Below, one piece after another: positions 25,920 to 37,622 of a stretch of 64,000 nucleotides of DNA. This DNA is from the human T2T-CHM13v2.0 reference genome, Homo sapiens. The DNA lies in the NCBI RefSeq assembly GCF_009914755.1, contig NC_060930.1. One strand, written 5' to 3'. A program made the position numbers and the translations under genes. The notes under the pieces were generated by a model. The model was not told the DNA's origin and ran no database searches. It was given only the letters and a program-made list of their open reading frames with translations. Within the stretch, counting starts at the first letter, position 1. Every line of letters begins with the position of its first letter.

Positions 25920-27420
25920 TGTTCATTTGTTAAGTCATTCTTGCAACAAATACTGACCACTCACAATATACCACATACTGTCCTGGACACTGGAGATACA
26001 ATGGTGAGTAAAAGCGGACAATGTCCCATATGAAATTTAAAGTCTCTTCAAAGGATAGCAATAAAAATACCACATATCAAAAAAAAAGTAGTTAGAATGA
26101 ATAAAACCTACTATTTGCTAGCACAACAGGGTGACTGTAGTCAATAATAAATTAATTGTACATTTTAAAATAACTAAAAGAGTGTAATTGGATTATTTGT
26201 AACAAAAAGAATAAATGCTTGAGGGAATGGAAAAATATCACAAAATTCGATAAAAAGTTGAAATTTGAATTGTATGAGAAAGAAGATATGCGTGGTACTA
26301 GAGAGCTTACAGTAAATAGACTTGGTCTTATTAAGGTGTTCAGGATCCTAAAGTCTGAAGAGTAAGTAAGCTTGAACTTTACAATTTGGAAAATAAAGAA
26401 TATTCCAGATCCAAAGGATGAGGAGCAAAAGGGAAAATGGTGATTAAGAAGGTCTAATTATGGCCAAAGGGATCATGGTGCAAGATGGAGCTGAAACAGC
26501 AGGTAGGCACAAGGCCATTCTGGGTTTGAAAAGTCATTGTAAAAATTTTTTCCTTTTTCTGAGATCAATGGCAAGCCAGTGAAAAGTTTTAGCTGGGGAG
26601 TAGTGAGGTTGAGGGAGCAATGGAGAACATATGACAGAACGTGCAGATGGATTATAGAAGGCCAAGGTGGATTTGGATTGACCAGAGGGGAGGCTTTTTT
26701 TACACCAGCCAAGAGACTGTGGTGGCTGGTTCTACAGGGTTCATAATAAAGACTCAGGAAAAGGAATAGATTTCAGAGCTTATTTAGGAGATAAATTAGC
26801 ATAATTTCATGAGGGATTGAATGTAGCAAGTTTGTTAAAGAAAAGGTAAGTCTCAAGGATGAGCTCAGGTTCCTGGTTTATATAACTTGATAGATATTAG
26901 TTCCCTTCACTGTGACAAGAAACAAAGTCTGGAGGGGAAGATATGAGTTTATTTTTTGACATACTAAATTTGCAGTACACTTGAGACTGGTTGGTAGACA
27001 TATGAAATCAGCTGCTGATTATATGCATCTGTAACTCAAACAAAGGTCTCAGCTAGAGAGATAAATCTGTGGGTTGTCTGAGTGGAGGTGGTGATTGAAG
27101 TTGTGAGTGTAAATGAGATCACCCAGGGAGAGATATAGAGCAAGCAGAGGAAAGGGCTACTAAGCACGGAGCAACAACAACATTTAATGGCCAAGTAGAA
27201 GAAAATGTGCTTCTTAAAGCGACAGAAGCATGGTCTTCACCTGTGACTTGGCCTGGACTCACCCTCACTGGGGCGGAAAGAAGCAACAAATAAAATAGAA
27301 TAAATGAATAAAGAGAGAGGTAGAAAGTAAGAGAGTGTTATATCTGAAAACCATGGAAAATAGTAATATTAAAAGAAAAGAATGGACCAGTAACTTTGAA
27401 GGCTTTTGCAAGATCATCTG
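25920..27420 (-). mobile_element. L2 (long fragment, reverse) interrupted by an L1MA piece
   Basis: GCAACAAATACTGACCACTCAC...CACTGGAGATACAATGGTGAG, GCAAGCCAGTGAAAAGTTTTAG, GAGATCACCCAGGGAGAG. Confidence 0.75.
26088..26232 (+). mobile_element. L1MA2/3-like 3'UTR fragment
   Basis: GCACAACAGGGTGACTGTAGTCAATAATAAATTAATTGTACATTTTAAAATAACTAAAAGAGTGTAATTGGATT. Confidence 0.85.
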
Positions 27421-27538
27421 AAATACTTCACATGGAGCTAGAGAAGAAAGAGGGAATTTCTGACTGCCTCCCTTCCTGTTACAAAGAATTGAGGTGGAGA
27501 TATAAATTACTCTTTTTTTATTACTGGAAAATATTCAT

Positions 27539-27600
27539 TGGATGGATGGATAGATAGACAGACAGACATAGACAGAGATACAGATACAGATATGGATATA
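27539..27600 (+). repeat. Compound GGAT/AGAT/AGAC/GATACA microsatellite
   Basis: Directly visible. Confidence 0.9.
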
Positions 27601-28479
27601 AAACCTAGTCCATTTCTGAATAATTGCTACCCAGGAGACCTTAGGGCTAGACTGAATGAAACTGGGGGATAGGGCTCCACCACTATCTCCAGTTTCATTG
27701 CCAATAGATTGCCCCATAGAGATAGTACTTACATTACTAATACAATATGTAATATATTTATCCAAGGATCATTCATGCTGTCTAAAATAAATTATGGTTG
27801 ATTATATTTCCAAAACTGATAGAAAACCTGCTGTTGTTAATTTCTCAAACACACAGCTATTTCAAGCGGAAAAATTTTCAAATAAAGGAAACTTTTTTTA
27901 GGGTTTTTAAATTTGCTTCATTTGGAAAGTCAACTTATATCCTCAAAATAACTTGAAATTCTTTTCAAACTTGGTTTTAACAAAATATTTTTGTTGCCTC
28001 ATTGGGATTGGAAGAAATGTCTTGTCATTTAAGAAAAAGCTTTAAATTTATGCATACATTTGGAATTAAAATGATTTAAGTAAGAAAATGACTAGATCAC
28101 AAGATCTCAGAGACAGTCTAGAAAGAGGAAAAATTGGGAAGTTGATACTAGATCAGATGCTGTTGCAATAGTCCCAATTTAAAATATTTCTAGTTCTAGA
28201 CATCTACAGTGGGACATGGGAATGGGAAAAAAATCAGTTTCTGGAAATAGGTAGAAAAATTGATATGATGCCAAGACTAAGTAGAAGTGAAGGCATAGAG
28301 TTGAGATTCAGCAAATGTCTCCATTTTGTGGAAGAGGAAATTCAGAGAGATGCGATAATATGTCCCCAAACACTTGTTTAATAAGTTGCAGACCTGGAAT
28401 CTATGCTTTAGACTTCTGACTTCAAATGCAAGGCTTTATCTAATATAAAGCCATAACAAATGCTGTTAGAAAAACAAGT

Positions 28480-28810
28480 TAAATATATAGAAACAGAGAG
28501 TAGAAAGGTTACCAGGGGCAGGGGGGTGGGGGAAACGGAGAGATAAAAGGTCAAAGGGCACAAAGTTTCAATTATGCAAAATGAACTTGTCTAGGAATCT
28601 AACATACAGTATAAAGATGATAGCTAAAAATGTTGTATATTGGAAATTTGCAAAGCGATTAGATTTTTAGGTACTTTTACTACATACATACACGTAAAAG
28701 GTAACTATATGAGATGATATGTTAATTTGTTTGACTGTGGTCATTATTTCATTATGTATATGTATATCAAACATTATGTTGTGTATCATAAATATATACA
28801 ATAAAAAGAG
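28480..28810 (+). mobile_element. L1MA9/10-like 3' end
   Basis: ATAGAAACAGAGAGTAGAAAGGTTACCAGGGG...GGAAATTTGCAAAGCG...GGTAACTATATGAGATGATATGTTAATT. Confidence 0.8.
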
Positions 28811-31252
28811 CTAAAATAAGTAATAAAAATTTCACGGAAGTATGTTCTATGAAACACATTTGATTAAGAAACAAAATGAGTCAGAACTCTCTTTCTGATG
28901 GAAAAGTAGCTTCCTCAAATGAGTCCTTTCTTGTAAAGAACTAGCTAATTACCACTGGCTCTTGATGGAGAATGAAGAGAGTGAGGATGGTCTATCTTGG
29001 GCTAGCGCATGGTACCTGCCTGGCCACACTGAAGATGCACACTCTCAACACAGTTGAACCAGGGTAGGTGGTTGGACTCACACCTGCTGGTTCATGGTTC
29101 CACAGTGAGCTACCATGCTGGAAGAAATGACATAGTGACTATGGATTAACTCATGCCCAAGCCCTCGAACTTCCTATCTAAGGATTTCAGGAAAATAAGA
29201 AAAAGAGCAAAGTTGATCATTTACCTTTTTTTTTTTTTTAAAGCTGAGGGAAAAAGACTGTGAAAAAAGACAAACATCTTGCAAAGAAATAGAAAATGAG
29301 GCCTTTAAACACGTTGTTTATACACCCCAAAGAAATCAGCTCTTATTTCAGTCAGGATCACAGAAGCCTTGGATATATTTTATATTTTCTTTTCAGAAGT
29401 GTAAAAAAATACTTAAAAGTGCATATATAGACTGAACATAGATTTATTGCCAATGACTTTTGTAAGGCGGGTGGATTGAGGCTGCTAATGTAGGTTTATG
29501 AGTACAGCTGGTCCATTTAACAGCAGGTTTATAGGCACTCCTCAAGAGCGGCCCATGTCTGTAGAAGGTATGGTATCACACAGACTGTTGGACAGATGGG
29601 CCCATCTATGGGCAATGCACTATAAACCAACCCATAACTACTGCAGCTGTGACCATAAACCTTTTTAGAAAACAACTAGAAAAATCTGACGTAGAAATGT
29701 TTGCTGTGTTTCCAAATAGAAAGGTGGAACAGGCAAAGTGAGTGCCAAGGCAATGGCTTGGATGAACTTACCACAGACTCAGGTTAAACCAACAAAACCT
29801 ACTTCACTCTCACTCTGCATTGTTTTCATAAACCTCTGTTGAAGGATCAATGGCAACTCATTTTCTGCTTTTAAAATTCTGAGTGCCTGAGACCACTGGT
29901 ATTCCATTGAACACCCAGTATTCCTTGAATAAGTCACTGGGATGTTGGTACTCACCTACAACGTTAGTATAGTGTTTGCTTACATGGGCATACCTTGGAA
30001 GATTTGTCTCCTATGTAATGAAGATACATTTCAAAGCTGAGATTTTTCATCTGTTAAGAAGGCATTTTGCTTTTCCTCTGACATTTTGAAATATTTATTT
30101 TTAAAACAATTTTGTGGAAAGGACCACCAGCAGACGAGTTAAGTGCATTATAGAAATAACTATGACAGGATTTTTGTTTTTGTTTTTTACTAAGGTAGTA
30201 AGAGAGCGAGTATACTTAATTTATAATAAATATGGCTGCTGTCCAAAGCCCCTTGAAGGATAGAACCATCTCTTAACATATTTTTGTATTTTCATGATAC
30301 CAAAAGTTAGAATTTGCAGGGAAGTCATTGTCATTTGGTCAGTATAAGGATTTCATATTAAGATGAGATACACAAATGAAATTTCCTTTACTTACTTATG
30401 TAATACCAACAAAATTTCTCAATTTTCCCTTCTTTTGGTTTATGTTGACCAGTTGCAATTTGTGATGTTTTACATGTTTTTTTAAATTACCTATTAAATA
30501 ATATTTTTAAAATATGTATAAAAACATCTAGATTTTATATGCCATCATATTTATTTGAGAGAAATAAATAGTGATGGGAAATGGTATTGTGTGTATGTGA
30601 GTCAGTATGTGTTTGTGTGCATGTCTGGTCTGTGTGTGTAACCTTATTATGAGACTGACCTGGTCCCTGGTCTCTATCTTTTTTTTTTTTTAGTAATTTA
30701 CTAAATCTGATGAATCTACTTGGGCACATTTTGGGTTGCACTGAGAACATTTTGTGGTTAATTAATATCACTTTGATGAAGGAATCTGTTATTGACTTTA
30801 TAGCATACTATAGTTAGCAAGTATGATTCATTCCTTTTTAAAAGGAGGAGTATTTCTTACATTAGATCCAAATGTTTTTATATTTACCTCTGTAGTTGGT
30901 TCCTTTACTGGACTTGCAAAATAGCTAGTAAGAGGCTTAAATTTCCTATTATCATAGTATTTAGTCAGTTTATAGATTATTTCTGAAGGCTGATTTGATA
31001 TCTTGTACATTGTTGTAGAAGATTACATTACTTGTTCTCAAACAGAATAAATGGGTGTGGGTAAACTCCCATTTTCTCTAGATGACTTTTTAAATTTTGG
31101 TCTTTTTGAACCTAGGTGAGTAGAAATCAGGGAGTACATGAGTATATATTATTTGGAGGAAAATTGGATTTCCCAATGCAGAATAACTAAATCATTTCAA
31201 GATGACTTTTAAAATATTTGAAGAAAATGTAGATGACTACTTACGTGTTTCA

Positions 31253-31551
31253 GAAGAAAATTACACAGAACTATGATTATGTGTCTTTTTCTTCTGAAGA
31301 ATAATTCAAGTGATTTAATGTGATTATGGTTTAGATGAGAAGGGAAGCAAAACAGCCCCAAAATCTGGATAAGCATTTAGCAATAATATGAAAGGTGACC
31401 TAATTCAGAATTGTAAAATGACACCCAGTGGGATATTTATATTAATACAGTGAATAAACGTATGGGATTGGAAATTTCGCATTCAAATAGAAATTTTCAA
31501 GTCACCCAGAAAGGTAACTAGATTTTTTTTTTATTTGAAGAATAAATAATA
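31253..31551 (+). repeat. Long inverted repeat, left arm
   Basis: Reverse complement of 34417-34719. Perfect blocks at 31277-31328 (52 bp) and 31343-31410 (68 bp). Confidence 0.97.
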
Positions 31552-31689
31552 CTACTGTGAAGATGCCTGAAAAATATTCAGGGTCCAAGAAGTCGTCATA
31601 TTCAAAATTATCTCTAGTAAAGTCAACCACTAGAATAAGACTTAAAAAACAATTAAAAATAACTTGTGGAGATTTACATATTTCAAATA

Positions 31690-31880
31690 CTTTAATGTAT
31701 TTTATCTCATTTACTGATTACAATAATCCTTTGAGGTGAGCAGTTCAGGTATTATTCTTCCATTTTGTAAATGAAGAACCTAAGGCCCAAAGAGATTAGC
31801 TGTTTTTCATGTCTCACAGCTAGTAAGAGGTCTACCTTGACCTTCAACACAAGTCTTGAATTAAAATTCACATATTACCT
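31690..31880 (-). mobile_element. MIR inside the inverted-repeat spacer
   Basis: TATCTCATTTACTGATTACAATAATCCTTTGAGGTG...CCATTTTGTAAATGAAGAACCTAAGGCCCAAAGAGATTAG...CACAGCTAGTAAG. Confidence 0.8.
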
Positions 31881-32449
31881 AAGTAGAGGAGGGTAAAAAA
31901 ATCCAATTCCACTCACACTACTGATGATATTACTGTTGCATTGGAAGCTGAAAAAAGAGAGTCTCATAGGAAACAGAATGCAGGACAGTTACATTTATTG
32001 TAAGAGGGCCATTGAAATATGTTGCCATTTATAGCACTGGTTTGGGAGGGAAAAGTTAAGTCACACTCTGGACAGCTGAAGTGAGGAGCTGAATGAGCAC
32101 ATTGGTGATGATGTATGAGATGTTAAGATGAAAGGACCAAAACACGAATGTCACTATTTGACTAGAGCCGGTACCACATGAGTATCAAAGTGAACCAAAG
32201 CAACTGTGGAAAAGAACAACATATATTTCTTTTATTTTTAACTTTCTTATATTTTTAAATGTATAAAATGATGGCTCTTCACTTTAGCAACCTTGGGTCG
32301 AAGATGGAAGAAAAAAACCACATCAGAAGGAACTATTTCATTCAGCCACCACATCTGTTCCAGTACAACTGGACATTCCAAAAATCTTTTGTGCTTGTTC
32401 TATCATGCCAGATATTCTATCTGTTAGAGAAGAGGTCACAATATATTAT

Positions 32450-33995
32450 CTAAAAATCTGACTGTTTAATTTACTTTAACTTTAATTTTTTTGGATTGTT
32501 CAGTGATTACATAATTTGCTGCATATTCCTTTAAGTTTATAATTTAATCTTAGCTCAATTATTTTAAATATAATAATATACTGTGGTTGTTTTCCATTTG
32601 ATAGTATCTTGAAGAAATGTTAAATCGTCCCATCTATATATTTTTCCTATTTCATGATGAGGATTTTGAACTTAATTCTTAGACATAGGGAGCCATAGAT
32701 AATCTTATTTTATTTAATCCTCTTTTCTTTATTTCTTCTGTTTGCTTGCCTTCTTTAACATTGATCAAGTTTTTCCATTCCTTTTTTCTCCCATTATAAT
32801 TTGAAAGCTTTATAGTCTCTTTCTCTATAAGAGATCAGCCTTAATATTTAACATGCTACTGTTCTTAGAAACCCTAAGAACCCTGTGGTTCTTAGAAACC
32901 CTAACGTTTCTCCTAGCCAATAAAGGAACATTGAAGCAGCTTCACTCCAGTTTATTTCCTATATGTAACAGTTATCCAGTATTTTACTTCCATCTTATTT
33001 TTATATACTTCCAAATGAATCATTTAAAAATATATAACCAAATCTTATTTATAATTGTTCAATCATTGACCAATTTTATTTCACATCATTGCTTATTGCA
33101 TTCTATATATTCCTTCTGTGTTAAATTTTCTTCTTAAAATACATTTTAAAAGAGTTTTATTCAGAGGAAACCTTGTCAATTATAAACTCCTTCAGAATCT
33201 TTGTCTCAAAACTCCCTTAGAGTGTTTCCTTTTAAACCCCTCTCTCGAAAACGTTGGTTTATTTGTTTTGCAGTTGTTTTCACTCAGCATGATGACTTGA
33301 TATTCCATTTTCTTCTGACTACATCCTTGTTGAAGAAATCTGCTTTAATCTAATCATTGTTCTTTTGTAAGTAAAGGGTTTTTCTTTTTTTAAAAAAAAG
33401 ATTTTCTAAATTTGTGGTTTTCTGCAATAATTTGTTTAGATGAGGAGTTACTTTTACTTATCATGCTTGGTATAATATTTCTTTAATTTGAGAATTCAAG
33501 CCTTCATCAATTTAGAAAAATTGTCAAGGATCAACTCTTTAAATATTGCCTTCTTCCTATTCTCCTTTTTTTTCTTTCCACATGTAACTTACAAATAGAT
33601 TGTATCTTGTCATTCTATATTCCATATCTCTTAATCTCATTCATGTTTTCCAACTCTTAATCTCTACCTTTTCTGTATTTGGAACAATTTCTTAGTTTTT
33701 TATTTTTTAAAACAAAATTATCTATCTTCCAGTTTAGCAATTTTATTTTACCTGTGTGTATTATTTGATTCTTTTTTAAGTCTGACATTTTTTTTTTTTC
33801 ATGATGCCTTTCGGTTCTTATATAGTTTCAACTTTTCCTTTTGTGTCTTTCATCATTTTAAAAAACACTTATTCTGTATATTCTGTCAAATTATTTCTAT
33901 TATTTCATGCTATTGAGGTCTAAATGTGCTGTTTCTTATGCCTTCTGAATCTTGTTCATGGAAGATTATATCCCTGGATATTTTATTATTCTGAA
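32450..33995 (-). mobile_element. Ancient L1M fragments (reverse) inside the inverted-repeat spacer
   Basis: T-rich, with ATATTCCATTTTCTTCTGACT, GAAGAAATCTGCTTTAATCTAATCATTGTTCTTTTGTAAGTAA and CCTTCATCAATTTAGAAAAATT typical of old L1M. Boundaries approximate. Confidence 0.65.
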
Positions 33996-34416
33996 TTATA
34001 AATCCTATACTATAAGAGTCACAGTATTAGCTCATGAGCTAACCAAGCTGATGCTCAGTTCTCATTTTATCCTAAGCACATAGAGAAACTTACTTTTGGT
34101 GAATTTCAGCTATGTATTTAGATGACGTGTTTTTATTTTATCTTGAATTTCTGTGTGTTGGAGGTGAGTGGGCTTACAGGCTGTCATTATGCCTAGTTAC
34201 ACATGGATGAAAAAGGTATTAAACTTGCTTCGGGTAGAAGCTTTACCTAAATACACAAAACTAGGAAGAATTAAAAGTCAGGTTTTTAATTTTTGTCGTC
34301 AGACTAATGCATTACAGGGATTATTAAGTCATTATTGAATCTCCAAGACAAAAAAATAATGACCCCCAAAGTAAGAATTTGATCAGAATTCAAATGAAGC
34401 CTTGTATTCGTAGTCA

Positions 34417-34719
34417 TATTATTAATTCTTCAAATAAATAAACCATTCTAGTTACTTTCTAGGGTGATTCAAAAATTTCTATTTGAATGAAAAATTTCCA
34501 ATCCCATATGTTTGTTCATTGTATTAATATAAAAGTCCCACTGGGTGTCATTTTACAGTTCTGAATTAGGTCACCTTTCATATTATTGCTAAATGCTTAT
34601 CCAGATTTTGGGGCTGTTTTGCTTCCTTTTCCATATAAATCATAATCACATTAAATCACTTGAATTATTCTTCAGAAGAAAAAGACACATAAGACTCACA
34701 GTTCTATGTAATTTTTTTC
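34417..34719 (-). repeat. Long inverted repeat, right arm
   Basis: Reverse complement of 31253-31551. Perfect blocks at 34641-34692 and 34559-34626. Confidence 0.97.
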
Positions 34720-35599
34720 ATGATTTATCAATTCTCCTTCCTCTGTGGTGTACTTGAAATAAGACTATGAAACTACAAAGTTGGCCCTAAAATAGGAGAT
34801 TTGGTTGCTTCCTGCCTCTTTTGCATCAATAATATGTATTTTATTTCAAGGAAAAAACTTTAGAAGGTTTTCTATAGTAGAGTGACTAATTTACTATCCT
34901 CCTGGGTAGCAGTAATATTCATGCCAAGAAATTATGAACATTTTACATATCTACGGTTTTTGCTCTGGTGGCCCTCCACTTACTAGCAGAATAATGTGGG
35001 AATCACATGAAACAGATGGCCTGTGAATCAGTGTAAATGTACATATAGTATGAAAATAAATGCAGCAAGTGTATGCATATGAATGCACATTTATGAGTAA
35101 ATACTAATAATTGTTAAAAGTACACTATTGGTGTAAATCACAGAAGTGTTCATAAAATAAAAATTCATATAAATTAGATTTACATACAAGGTGATTCTAT
35201 GTAAATGGCTATATAAAGAAAAAATATTCATTTTGTAGATATGATCTAACCCAAGGATTCCAAATCCTTTTGTACTTTACAAATAAAACGAAACTTGGTG
35301 AAATTTAAATTGCAAAGAATTGATTTTTATTGTATTAGTCTTACGTATTTTTTTTAATTTGTCAAATTATAGCATTCCTGTCAGCTGTGCTAAGCTATTT
35401 GGGAGTTATTTGGGTATTAAAAGAAATAAATAGCAACAACAGCAAACCAAGAAGAAATTCAACTTGCTACAGCAGAGAAACAGGACAAAAATTGATAGCC
35501 TGTTTTTGATTTTTAAAACAGGCAATTAAATGAGAGAATGTATTTTTCAAGTCTCATCAGTGTAGCCTTAAAGATTAGGAAAGAGTCCATTTTCTAAGC

Positions 35600-35928
35600 T
35601 TTGGGCCTTACGAAGATTCCTGGGATCGGGAAGAATCAAAAGATCTAACTAGCAGAATATGAGTGAAGTGACCAATTCCATGTCTGATGCATAAAAACAT
35701 CCTACTTGATCCTCCACACTCTTTCTTCCCTGATCTACTGACCAGATGCAGATGATCAGCCGAGGATCCATGAAATTGAAGAATCCACAGTGCTTGAAGA
35801 ACCACGTGATAAACTTCCCATTTATCGGGATATCCATATTGGACTTACATGAGCAAGAAACAGATTGATGGATTTAAGCCACTGAGATTTGGGTCTTTGT
35901 CATATTAGATAGCGTTATATAACTAATA
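35600..35928 (+). mobile_element. MLT1I/J-like MaLR LTR fragment
   Basis: 3' end TTGGACTTACATGAGCAAGAAA...TTAAGCCACTGAGATTTGGG...AACTAATA. Confidence 0.65.
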
Positions 35929-35946
35929 AAAATATGTTAAAAGAAG

Positions 35947-36195
35947 TTTGATAGCACAATTTGATAAGACGACAGGGTGACCATAGTCAATAATAATTTA
36001 ATTATACATTTAAAAATAACTAAAAGAGTATAATTGGATTGTTTGTAATGCAAAGGATAAATGCTTGAGATGATGGTTACCCCATTTACCCTGATGTGAT
36101 TATTGCACATTTTTTGTCTGTATCAAAAACATCTGATATACCCCATAAATACATATACCAACTATGTACCAACAAAAGTTAAAAATTTAAAAATT
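35947..36195 (+). mobile_element. L1MA3-like 3' end
   Basis: CAGGGTGACCATAGTCAATAATAATTTAATT...CCCCATTTACCCTGATGTGATTATT...TACCCCATAAATACATATACC. Confidence 0.88.
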
Positions 36196-36485
36196 TGAAA
36201 GAGGTATTCCAAACCTACATTTCTAGCAATCACAGAGGTTATTTGAAAGATAGCAAATTCTAATTTGCATATAAAAATAACTTATTTTAATAATTGTTTA
36301 GCTGTTAATAAATGAGATAAAAATAAATGCTAAAGATACTTGGCTTTGAGGAATAACGGACTTTTTAGAATAAAATTTTAAGGTAGAAAATCTGAGCATA
36401 TTAACCTAGCAATAAATAAGCTCTCCAGTAACCAAACTAGACCCTGTGATGGGATCATCTGTACAGAGGATGACACTGTATATTT

Positions 36486-37086
36486 TATTAGTTATCTATT
36501 GCTCCATAATAACTTATCCCCAAACTAAGCATCATTTGGGATAATATTATTATCCCAAAACTAAACATTGTATCCCCAAACTAAACATCAAATAAGAAAC
36601 ATTTGTTATCTCACACCGTTTCTGACAGTCAGGAGCTTAGCTAATAGCCTTCATGAGGTTGTTGTCAAGATGGTGGCTGGGTCTACAGTCATCTGCATGC
36701 TCAACCAGGGCTTGACAATCCACTTTCAAGCTCCATGATGGCTGGCAGACCTTAATTCTTCATCTGGTGCACCTCTACCTCTTCAATGGGCTGTGTAACT
36801 GTTCTCATCATGAGATATCTGGCTTCCCCCACAGCACTAATGAGAATGAGGGACAGAGAGAGATGGAGAAAGAATTCTGAGAGAAGCCTCATCGTGAGGA
36901 AAGCCTCATTCCCAGGAAAGCCTCAGTCTTTTGCATCTTAATCTCAGAAGTATATACATCTCTTCTGCCATATTCCACTGGTCATACCAACCAAACCTAG
37001 TGCCATGTGAGAGGGCAACACAGGAGGCTAAGAATACGAGGAGGCAGGGATCACTCAGGGGGCATTTTGGAGGCTGGCTACAGCAT
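36486..37086 (-). mobile_element. MLT1H-like MaLR solo LTR
   Basis: TATTAGTTATCTATTGCT...CATGAGGTTGTTGTCAAGATG...TTCTGCCATATTCCACTGGTCA...TTGGAGGCTGGCTAC. Confidence 0.8.
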
Positions 37087-37381
37087 ACATAATATAACCT
37101 CTTCGATGGTTATGAATATGGAATAACTATCATTAGCATTACAAAAATGTTAAGGTAAAAGCAAATGTTTATTACTTTTTTTTACAAGGAAACACATGTT
37201 CATTTTGAAATAAAGTATTTGAGTAATATAGATGTGCATAAAAATAGGAGACGTCTCCCTGCAATGTCCATCCTGTACCCTACCTGCCTTGGTAGTTTAA
37301 AATTTTCTTTCATCCAGGAGCTTGTTCCTCCAAAAGAGTTTGCAAATGACAGAATATCTTAGAAACAAAGATTTGTTCAAA

Positions 37382-37622
37382 TTATTTATTTATTTCAACT
37401 GATGAATAGAAATTTCACATGTTTATAGTACACAGCATGTTTTGAAATGTGTATAAATTGTGAAATGGTCAATTCGAGCTAATTAACATCTACATTACCT
37501 CACATACTTATCGTTTTGGGGTAAGAACACTCAAAATCTACTCCCAACAATTTTTGAGTGTACAATACATTGTTATTAACTATAGTCAATATGTTGTACA
37601 GTAGATCCCTTGAACTTATTCT
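37382..37622 (-). mobile_element. L1MA6/7-like 3' end
   Basis: GCTAATTAACATCTACATTACCTCACATACTTATC...TACAATACATTGTTATTAACTATAGTCA...TTGAACTTATTC. Confidence 0.85.

Noticed and set aside
31253-34719. Interpreting the inverted repeat as the TIRs of an intact DNA transposon
   Set aside because: There is no transposase ORF, no sharp termini or TSD, identity is highest in the middle rather than at the ends, and the spacer is ordinary MIR/L1M relics.
26088-36070. Similar sequences at ~26.1 kb and ~35.97 kb
   Set aside because: Both are L1MA 3'UTR fragments, so they are independent insertions of a common repeat rather than a local duplication.
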